Shown in pieces: positions 36,363-48,300 of a DNA stretch of 64,000 bases; the stretch's first letter is position 1, and each line of letters starts with the position of its first letter. Made by a program: the position numbers and the translations under genes. Origin of the DNA: Eledone cirrhosa (lineage: Eukaryota); the NCBI GenBank assembly GCA_964016885.1, contig OZ024740.1, positions 419,182,001 through 419,246,000 on the forward strand, read 5' to 3'. The notes under the pieces were generated by a model. That model was not told the DNA's origin. It was given only the letters and a program-made list of their open reading frames with translations, and ran no database searches.

Positions 36363-39300
36363 GTAAATATTTTATCATACATCATACTCCAAGAGAAAAA
36401 AAATTGATTGTATAAATTTGTGACCAATCCAGAACATTTGTAAGAGACTGTTGCTTTCTTGGGTTGTTGTTGTCCTGATCAGTTTCCAAGTCTCACTGCA
36501 ACGAGGTCGACATCTTGTACTCCACAAGAATAAGATCTTTCAGGTAATACCAATAAGATCTTTCAGGTAATACAATTCAGGTATTGCCTGAAAGATAAGC
36601 AACACTTGCAGATATAGTGTCTCTGACCTATGCTAGAATAGGCTTTGAAATCTTAGGTAGCATGCAACTGTGTTGAGGAATTATTTATATATATATATAT
36701 ACTATAATTAGGTTTAATCTATACATAGAAAATATATTGATTGTTACTCAACAAAGAAAGCTTTCTTTGTTGAGTTTCTCAACTTGATATATGAAAAAAG
36801 ATTTTTGTATATATATATATAGTCATTTTATTATAGAAATGACTTCTACAAGCCTAGAGCATTTTCACTCATAGAACATCATCAGGAAAGTACTTTCCTA
36901 ATGATTCCTTATTTGATTATTCCTAATGTATTGAGTGGTCACCTTGATTTACATCAGGATCCTACATATTATATATAGACACATTTATATATAAAAGGGT
37001 AAAGACCCCCTTATAATAAATGACCATGGGATTTGCACCTAGAAAGTTCACCTGTGAGACACAAATCTGGGCAAAGTGTTTGTGTGGAAGGCTTTCAGTT
37101 GCTCATACCAGTCTCCCTTCTACATGCCACTGATGTTGTCCAAAGGAAAGTTAATGGCTGATACAGCTTGGCATCAGTGATGTCACATCTCATTTCTACA
37201 GCTGAATAAACTGGACAATGTGAAATAAAATGTCTTGCTCAAGGACACAACACACAGTCCGGTCCTGTAATCAAACTTACAACCTCACAGTGTATTTCCC
37301 TTCTGTTTAATGCTTTAAAATGAGACTGATCACTGAGACAATTGTATTAATCTAAGTGATATCTGCAATATCAGAATGTTTATTTTCTGTCAAACAAATA
37401 ACATTATTCTATTATTTTATGTGCAACTTTGTTTTTTCTTCTTCTTTATAGTTGGTCCTGATTCAAACATGGAAACAATAGAAAGTGCTGCTTTTTTTCT
37501 TTTTCAAACATTCCAAAATGTTCAGATTGTTGGACATAGTGAAAGTGTAAAATTACGTAGTATATTTGGTCCTTTTCCAGCCACTGTAGCATCTTCAGCT
37601 TGTCAAGTAGTTTCTAGAATCATTTCATGGCTTCCTGAATACTCTGCTGACTTGTTGACATATTCTAATTCTTGTGAAAAAAATTCTGAAAAACAAAATG
37701 AAGAATTTGGAAACAATGTGAAATTCTCTGTTGAGCCTTTGATTTCGGTGGAAATGAACTATTCAAGCTCGGAATCTGAGGATGAAATTGATTCTAGTCT
37801 GTTGTCATTGAAATATCAATGTAATAAAGATCAAACTGCTTTAAGGACTCCAGATGGTAAAGCAGATACTAAACAGGACAATTTTAACACCTCAGCTTTA
37901 ATATCTGAAGTGAAAAAACATTTTAACAATGAAAGTTATGTTCTTGGAATGACAATTGAAAATCTTTGTTCTAATCTTTTTGACTTTCTATCGTCTTCCA
38001 AATCTGATGACGCTCTACAAAATGATGTAAGTTTTTACCAATATATTTATCCAATTATTTTGTTGAATTAGTTCTGATATATCTCCTTGCAGTTTTATTA
38101 AATGATCTTAATAGAACAATTGAGCCTGCTTATTTGTATTTCAGACAGACATCCTAGCACCATTTTGAGTGCACTGGGTGCATTTTATCATGGCACCTTT
38201 CTCAGATAAGCTGGGGGACCACATCTCATGTTTGTCACACTCTACTGGGTGTATTTTATTATGGCCCCTTCTCAGATAAACTGGGGGCCCACATTTCTCC
38301 ATACTCTATTGAATGTACCTGGTGTATTTTATCATGGCACCAACACTAGAGAGATTATGTCTTTGACACAACTGAAGAGTCCTCCCAAACATTGTTTGGC
38401 AGGTTTTCTGTGGCTGGATGCCTTTCCTGTCACCAACCACATTACAGTGTACTGAGTGCATTTATTGTGTAGATAACTAGGTCACATTTTTACGTTGGTA
38501 GGTAGGTAAATCTTCTCCATTACCACACATCATCAATCCTCGCAGTTGTTTGTCATCTCTTTTGTGAGATTCAACTTTTGTTGAAGATGAATGTCTGAAC
38601 TCGGGACAGTTAAACTTTTCAAATATCCTATAAACAAGGGCAGATCTGACTATAGGAAAGTAGGAGAAAGGGCTATAAATGTTATCTCACCTTTGTATTA
38701 GTCATTGCTGACACCGACCACCCCCTTATCAGTTTCCTTTAACCTTTTTGCATTTACATTACTCTATATTTACTATTATATTTTCACCTTACATACTGAT
38801 CTCTCATAATATCGAATCTATGAGATTTTGATGTTATTTATTTTGAGTACCTTAGCATCATTATGAACAGCCAGATACAGCCAGTTTGAACAGAAAGAGG
38901 TGAGAGAATTCTAGCCGGATACGGCCGGTTTAAATGCTAAAGGGTTAATTCCAGCCGTTATCCCTTCTACATAAAGTTTACTGTATCTTTTTCTATTTGT
39001 ATGTATACATGAATCATTGTATTTTTTAATGTCTTTCTGCTAACAAGGAAATCAAAATGTTCATACATTATCTGTTTTCTAACTATTCTAGCTCTTTGAA
39101 TTCCTTGGATTTGACCAATTTGAGTTAATAGAAAATCTTCTGAAGAATCGAAACAAATATCTAGATGATGCAATTTTAGTGAACAAGGGACATAAAACTC
39201 TTCCAGTTTCTAGTAAGTGTTTTGTTTTTAAAACAACTTCTACTTCATAAAATTATTCAAAACTTCTGTATAACATTTTATTGTTTTGACCGTTATGAAA

Positions 39301-42300
39301 CTATATGGAGGTAATATATTTAGTTTGATGTTCAGTGTATTCTTTTATATGTTTATATGTTCTTTTAATGGTATTGCAGCTGATAAGGACCTTGTTGGGA
39401 TATTTTCAGGTTGTTTAATCTGAAATTTGTTCTTATTGAATAAACCTATGGCACACATGTGGAAGCATGTGGCATAGTGGTAAGGGTGTTGGACTTAGGA
39501 ACATAATGTTGTGGGTTTAATTCCTGGACTGGGTTGTATGTTGTTTTTGAGCATAACACTTCATTTGATATTGCCACTGAGTACCAGCTGGGTGTTTAAC
39601 CTGATGTCCTGAACAATATCAAACTGTACATTAAAAAACTCAGAATAAACTTGAGAAATAATTGAATGTAGCATTTTCTTTAAGAGCAAGTAGATAAAAT
39701 TGCACTACTAAATTCTCATCAGCTATCTTTAGTTTTGTTCTTCATATTTTCCATCATCATCATCATTCAACGTCCATTTTTCCCCTGCTAACATGGGTTA
39801 GACAAGTTGTCCCATGGTGAGTTGAGTCAGATCAGATGACCATGTCTTGCTCATACAGATCTGTTTCTTGCTTGGGTTCTATAGCTGGATGCTCTTCCTG
39901 ACATCAACCACATTTACAGTGTGGATTGGGTATTTTTTGTCATGGCACTTTACATGACCACTTTACAGTGTGAACTGAGTATTTTTTATCGTAGCAGCTA
40001 CACAACCACTTTACAATGTGGGTTGGGGACTTTTTGTAGTGGTACCTTATTCTATGTACTATACATGCACCTTTGATGAGTTGTAGTGCACCTGAGCACT
40101 GCACAATAATTTTCATTATTATTATTATTACAAAATGACCACTTTACAGTGTTGACTGAGGGCAGGTGTGTGTGTAAAATGTGGGGGCGTTAGGACGTGG
40201 GTGGTTTAATCCTCATAAACATTAAAGTTAATTTTTTTCATAATTCTGCAGGAAAAAGAAATGTTGACTGTGCTTCTCGGCCTATCTATGGATGTCAAGT
40301 TACAGTACAGGTATTTTAATTTTAAAGTTTTAATCTTTATAAAAAAAAACAACTATATACTACTCATCCTTAAGTTTCTCATCTCTATTTGGTTTAATAT
40401 TGATAATTGATACTTATTGATATTTCATTCATCTTTAAAATAATCACCTCTACTTATATTACAAATCCCAGGTAACATTTAAAATAATGATCTTACACCT
40501 TGCAAGGTCTTTAATACATATCATTCATCTTTTTTTCTGGTCCCCTAAATTAAATTAAATTGCTATGGCTACTCACCTGTATAAGGGACCTCTTCTTTCT
40601 TCCTTAATAAATTCTACTAGGAAGGGTTCTTAACCCTCCATGATAGCTGGCCCTACAATGATTGTAACATGGTGCTACTGATATGTAAATGTGAATAGAT
40701 TACATTGCATTTCTGAGGAAATAAGATAAACTCATTATGGTTCCCTTTTATAGACCGAAGAAGAAAAACAACTGATGAAAATGATTCGGAGAGAAGAGAA
40801 AAAGAGTGCCCGGAAAGAATGCATCGGAAATGAAAACAGCAGTAGTAGTTTTGACCCTGCTGAAATGAGAGCTCAAAGGTAGGTGTCTGTATAAATATAT
40901 TTGATATTATAGGCATGTGGTTAAAATGTCTCAGGAAAGAATTGCTGGACAGATTTTATGGGTAAAACCAATTGGCAGGAGGAAGACTCGGGTAGACTCT
41001 GATCAAGATGGTTGGATAACATCCTTGTGCTTGGACAGATCAACTGGAAACGGTTGCTTCTGACAGGACCCTGTTTCTATAATAATAATAATTGTTTCTA
41101 TGTTAGGCACAAGGCCAGCAATTACCCAGTGCATTACTGGTACTTTATTTTATCAACTCCGTAAGGATGAAAGGCAAAGTTAACCTTGGCGGGATTTGAA
41201 CTCAGAATGGCAAGGGCCGTAACTCTATACGTCAAAGCATGGCGTCCGACCCTCTACCAATACTGCCAAAAATTGTGTACAGTGCTCAGATGCACTACAA
41301 CTCATCAAAGGTGCATGTATAGTACACAGAATAGTATACAAATGTCAGAGAAGTGAATAGTGTATGAGTCATGATATACATGTGTGCGTGTGTATGGAGG
41401 GGGGATATCAGGTGTAGTGTTGGCGAATCTCAGGAAGCATGGAGGTTTTAAAGAATGCAGTGTCTCGACAGCTAACAACTGATGCAGGTAGTTTGTGCCA
41501 TGCTTCAGCAACTCTGAGCATGAAAAAATGTTTTCCGAAAGTCATGGGAGCTGTGCTGTTTTCTGACTTTGTTGGCATGCCCACGTGTGTGGAGTGTTTA
41601 AGGACTCTTCCCCCATGACCCTTTCAGGAATAAGTAGGCAAAGAAGAAGCAGCAGCCTCTTGTTAATAATAATGAAAATATTGTGTACAGTGCACTACAA
41701 CTCATCAAAAGTGTATGTATAGTAAATAGGGTAATGTACAAACGTCAGGAAAATGAACAGTGCACGAGTCATGATATACACATGTGCATGTGTATGGAAG
41801 AGGGACATCAGGTGTAGGTTTGGCGAATTTCAGGAAGCAGGAGGGTTTTGGTAATTTGTTGGCTGTCTTTAGGTAATTTCTTATTCTAGCCCTTGAAGCT
41901 GTTATTAAGGGTTTGCAAGACCACTTAGTGTTGTCTTGGCATTGTCATGTCACCAACACGACCACTTAAATAAATAAAAATCACTTAAATGGCACCTCAT
42001 GTATTGTCAAAGAAAAGATATTGAAGATAATAAATCAATGAATAGAATATGGGAAATTACAAGATTTGTTTAGTACTTAAGTAGAATCATAAGGTTGTCA
42101 GTTCGAATCCCAGACCTGGTGGTGTGTTGTGTTCTTGATCAAAACACTTTATTTCATGTTGCTCCAGTTTACTCAGCTGTAGAAATGAGCTGCGACTTCA
42201 CTGGTGCCAAGCTGTGTCGGCTATTACCTTTCCCTTGGACAAAGAGAGGAGAGGCTGGCATGCATAGGCGACTGCTGGTCTTAAATAATAATAATAATGA

Positions 42301-45300
42301 AAATATTGTGTCCAGTGCTCAGGTGCACTACAACTCATCAAAAAGTGTATGTATAGTACATAGGGTAATGTAAAAACGTCAGGAAAATGAACAGTGCATG
42401 AGTCATGATATACACGTGTGCATGTGTATGGAAGGGGTACATCAGGTGTAGTTTTGGCGAATTTCTGGAAGCATGAGGGTTTTAAAAGATGCAGTGTCTC
42501 GGCAGCTAACAACTGATGCAGGCAGTTTGTTCCATGCTTCAGCAACTCTAAGCGTGAAAAAATGTTTCCGAATGTCATGGGAGCTGTGCTGTTTTCTGAT
42601 TTTGTAGGCATGTCCACGTGTGTTAGACACATGGAGATCAAAAAGGTGCTCAGGGTTGTTGTTGGTTAGATGGTTAATAACTTTGTGGGTGTTTACCAAG
42701 TCCTTTGCCAGACGTCGGAGCTTCAATGAATCCATGCCCAGGGAAGCAAGGCGTTCAGAGTATGGTAGGTGTCTGATGGAGGGTATGCGCTTGGTTGCAC
42801 GTCTCTGAACAGTTTCCAGGGAGTCAATGTTCTGAGCAAGATAGGGGTTCCAGACTGATCATGTGAATTCCAAGTGTGGTCGTATACAGCTTTAAATAGA
42901 TGGCTGGAGAGCGGCTAACAAAGGTCTTGCTGAGTGATGCCAAGACACCCTCGGCCTTCTTGACAATCTTAGGGACGTGCTTTGTCCAACGCAAATCGCT
43001 GCTAACAGTAATGCCCAGGTCATGTTCACAAGAGGACTTCTTGATATCAGTGTTGTGAAGGGAGTATGTGGACGCTGGATTTTTCCTCCCAAAATGCATG
43101 GTGGTACACTTGTCCACAGCCAGCTTCAGTTGCCAGTCTGTGATCAATTGCTGCATTGTGTCCAGGTCTGATTGTAGGAAAGAGTTGTAGATTTCAGAAA
43201 CACACTTTCTAGGTTGAAAACCCTGGTCATTCGTAATCAAAGGGGGCCTACAATAGTTGTTTCTATCATATCTAATCCAATATTATCTTTATACCTATTT
43301 AAATATTATTTGTCCTTCAGAGAAGCTGCCCTCCTATGTACTCAAGGTACTCAGATATTAATGAAACGATCTGCTACAGTTGGTCAAAACAAAGACAATC
43401 TTCCATTTGTATTTGATGCTTTAGCAGAAGCCAGAAAAACATCAGCTTTTGTTGGCAGTTGTAAAGTATGTGATCCTTTTTTGTTCTTTTCTTTCCTTTC
43501 CTTTTTATCTGTTTGATGTATTTGATTTACTCACCTGCTTTTGTTTTACTCATAATAATAATAATGAAATTATTGTGTACAGTGCTCAGGTGCACTACAA
43601 CTCATCAAAGGTGCATGTATAGTACATAGAATAATGTACAAATGTCAGGAAAATGAACAGTGTATGAGTCATGATATAATAATGATAACAATAATGAAAT
43701 ATTGTGTACAGTGCCCAGGTGCACCATAACTCATCAAAAAAGTGCATGTACAGTACATAGGGCAATGCACAAACATCAGGAAAATGAACAGTGCACGAGT
43801 CATGATACACACGTGTGCATGTGTATGGAAGAGGTACATCAGGTGTAGTTTTGGCGTATTTTGGGAAGCATGAGTGTCTTAAAGGATGCAGTGTCTCGGC
43901 AGCTAACAATTGATCATGTTTACCTGTTGTTTATTAACAGATGTCTCTACCTGTTGGATTTGAACGTATTGATAAAAAGATGTACGAGGAAGTTCATATA
44001 CCTGCATCAGAAAAGGCTCCTATTCATATTGGTAAAAAACTTGTCAGCATTGATGATTTAGATGAGGTAAAGCATCTTTATCAATTTTTTCTTCTTCCAA
44101 CATATTTTTATATCTATCTGTTTGTTCATCTGTTCTGTTTGTCTTGTCACACATGAATCATACCAGCAGAAATGTTTATTTTCTGTTGCAAGAGCTGGTG
44201 TAAAAAATTGTGGTCCTCTCAATTCATGTGAAACCACAGGCCAGTTTGGGAACTGACAAGTTCAGATGCATGTGTGAATTTTGTATTGTTGATAACTTTA
44301 ATCTCAGTTTGTATGTAACCCTTGTCTTTCTTCCTTTCTTATTACTTCCACATGCCAACACTTCTTATCCTCCCCTCTCAATCTTTTCACTGTATAGCTG
44401 TAACTATTATCATTGTAAGAGAAAACAGTTTTCCAATCTTCTTCATGTGATATTTATTTGATAATACTCAGTGTGTGTACTGCTGATATCTTTAACATAA
44501 TTCTTTTTAGGTTGGATCAATGGCTTTTAAAGGAATGAAGACGTTAAATCGAATCCAATCAATTGTTTATGAGACAGCATACAAAACTAATGAAAATTTA
44601 TTAATCTGTGCTCCGACTGGAGCTGGTAAAACCAACATAGCTATGTTAACTGTTATTCGAGTGCTAAAACAAAACATTGTTCAAAATGTAATTCGGAAAG
44701 ACCAATTTAAGGTAGGTGTAATGATTTTCAAATTTATACAATCCTTCTAATATTTTCCCAGTTTTTAAAAGAACATTCTCATAAGAACATTGAATCATCA
44801 TCATTTTACGTCTGCTTTACCTTGCTTGCAAAGGTGGGATGGGTCCACTTCAGCACAGCATCTCTCCATTCGTCACAGTCCTTCGTCATCTCCTCTGTGA
44901 GCTTCAGCGATCTGAGGTCAGCTCACACAGGCATCATACAACCAACCTTTCGTTCGTAGGGAGAAACTCATTGTCAACAGAGGAAGCAGCTCCCTAAGCT
45001 TCTTCCATCATGTCCTTATTCTAGATACTATGACATCGGAGCATCCTATTCCCTTGAATATTAAATATAATTATACAAAAATGTTAAGATTCTATTTTAT
45101 TACAATCTGCATCTGTTGTATTAACATAGTTAATTCCCTTCCCTTGACCCTTAACAGTTGTAGGGGGCTACTTTATGCTGTGTATCTTGGCCAAATACAG
45201 TCAGGCTGAACTCATCCCTCACCAAGGTTCTATTAATTACATTTTAAAAATTTGGCTTGAAAATAAATTACATTCAGCGAGAGTTTATATATTATTTTGT

Positions 45301-48300
45301 ATTTTATTATTGCTCTGGCAGATATACCAAAAGAGCCATAACCAATCAGTACCTTTGGGTCATTCCTTCTCCTTCAACTTTCTAACACACTCTTTAGAAT
45401 CCTTGTTCCTAGCAAGGTTGTTTTTATTATTATTATTATCATCATTATTTAAGGGCGGTGGATTGGCAGTATCGGTAGAGGGTCTGACGCCATGCTTTGC
45501 AGCAAAGAGTTACGGCCCTTTATGGTCTGAGTTCAAATCCCGCTAAGGTTAACTTTGCCTTTCATCCTTACGTGGTCTATAAAATAAAGTACCAGTAATA
45601 CACTGAGATAATTGCTGGCCTTGTGCCAAAAGTAGAAACAATTATCATCATCATCATTATTATGGATTGGCAGTATCGGTAGAGGGTCGGACGCCATGCT
45701 TTCCAGCATAGTTACGCCCCTTTACGATCTGAGTTCAAATCCTGCCGAGGTTGACTTTGCCTTTCATCCTTACGGGGTCGATAAAATAAAGTACCAGTAT
45801 TGCACTGGGTAATTGCTGGCCTTGTGCCAAAAGTAGAAACAATTATTATTATTATTGCCTTTCATCCTTATGGGGTTGATAAAATAAAGTACCTGTAATG
45901 CACTGGGGTCAAATTAGTCGAATTTCCCCTTCTCCAAAATTGTTGGCCATGTGCCTAAATCAGAAACTTTTATTTTTATTATTACTCGATATTATAAGGG
46001 CGGTGGATTGGCAGTATTTGGTCGGACACCATGCTTTGTAGCATAGAGTTACGGCCCTTCATGATCTGAGTTCAAATCCCACTGAGGTTAACTTTGCCTT
46101 TCATCCTTACGGGGTCGTTAAAATAAAGTACCAGTCACGCACTGGGGTCGATTTAATCGATTTTCTCCTCCCCCAAAATTTCTGGCCTTGTGCCTATATA
46201 AGAAACCATTATTACTCTATAAGGGCGGTGTATTGGCAGTATCGGTAGAGGGTCGGACGACATGCTTTGACCATTGAGTTATGGCTCTTTATGATCTGAG
46301 TTCAAATCCCGCTGAGGTTAACTTTGCCTTTCATCCTTACGGAGTCGATAAAATAAAGTACCAGTAATACACTGGGGTAATATCTGGCTTTGTGCCAAAA
46401 GTAGAAATAATTATTTGGCAGTATTGGTAGAGGGTCGGACGCCATGCTTTGCAGCAAAGAGTTACGGCCCTTTATGGTCTGAGTTCAAATCCCGCCGAGG
46501 TTAACTTTGCCTTTCATCCTTACGGGGTCGATAAAATAAAGTACCAGTAATACACTGAGATAATTGTCGGCTTTGAGCCAAAAGTAGAAATATTTATTAT
46601 TATTATCTTTACTCTATTTATTATTATTATTTTTTACTCTAGGGCGGTGGATTGGCAGTATCGGTAGAGGGTCGGACGCCATGCTTTGATGCATAGTTAC
46701 GGCCCTTGCCATTCTGAGTTCAAATCCCGCCGAAGTTAACTTTGCCTTTCATCCTTATGGGGTCGATAAAATAAAGTACCAATAATACACTGAGTAATTG
46801 CTGGCCTTGTGCCAAAAGTAGAAACAATTATTATTTTTACTCTATATCGATGTTACTAATTACATTTCTTCAGATTATATATGTTGCTCCCATGAAAGCT
46901 CTTGCTGCTGAAATGGTGAGGAACTTTGGCAAACGACTAGAACCACTTGGAATAACTGTTAAGGAATTAACTGGAGATATGCAATTGACCAAACAAGAAA
47001 TTGTCAATACTCAGGTAAGTTTGAACCACATTTGTTTATAGGAGATTAAAAAAGATTTATGAGGGCCTTTGAGATAATAAATCATTCATTCATTTCATTT
47101 CATTTTTACGTCCGCTTTTTCCCTGCTTGCAAGGGTGGGACGGGAACTGATTCTGGCTTGATTTCTACAGCTGGATGCCCTTCCTAACACCAACCTCATT
47201 TACAGTGAGTGCTGGGTGCTTTTTTGCCATGGCACCTTCACAACCACTTTGCAGTGGAATGATATGGACCCAGTCCCTATCATCTCATTTCTACAGCTGA
47301 GTAAACTGGAGCAATGTGAAATAAAGTGTCTTGCTCAAGGAAACAACACATCACCCGGTCTGAGAATTGAACTCACAACCTTTCGATTGCAAGGCCAATG
47401 CTCTAACCACTAAGCCATGTGCTAAATATTTTATATAAATAACTTTTAACAAAAAGTTATATACTGTATATAATCGAATATAAGCCAACTACCAATTTTG
47501 TGTATGAGAAATAGATAAAAATCCAAACCCCATTTATAAGCCGAGGCAGGTAATCAATGTTTAGAGGGTGTGGTTTTGAAATTATCATGAGGGGAGAATA
47601 TATTTATGAAGTTTTAATATTTTAATGTTTAAAATATTTTAAGTGATGTTTAAAGTATAGTTTTGGTTTCACATCTTGCATGTAATGATTTTTTTACTAT
47701 TTCTGACCGTTTTGAAGATCATATTTATTCAAAACATATAAAACCAGTAGGAAATACAAATTTCAGGATGTGAGACCAGTGTAATATTTACCTCCAAAAT
47801 GAAAATACTTTAGCCCCTCATTTATGTAGAATTTTGAAGTTGGTGAAAATCGGTAAACACACACACACAATATTTCACTATCTTTATTTTATTTTTTTTT
47901 GTCACATATTTCTCTGTTTATATTTGAGTATATACTACGGTAATGTGAAATGAAAGTACATGATAATTTTGTTTTGAAAATAACAATTTTGTAATAAATA
48001 AACTTTGCATATATTTAAAAAAATTAATTTAGTATGAATATTTTAGAAGCTAATCATTTTTTGGCTTTCAAAAAAGAAATCTTAATTGCTAAAAAGCTAT
48101 TAAATGTTTTGGTTATCTTTTTCTACTTCTTAGATGCTAGTCACTACTCCTGAAAAATGGGATGTTGTTACACGTAAAGGGACAGGAGATGTATCTTTAT
48201 CACAATTAGTAAAGTTACTTATTATAGATGAGGTCCATCTATTACATGATGACAGAGGGGCTGTCATTGAAAGTTTAGTTGCCAGAACCCTACGACAGGT

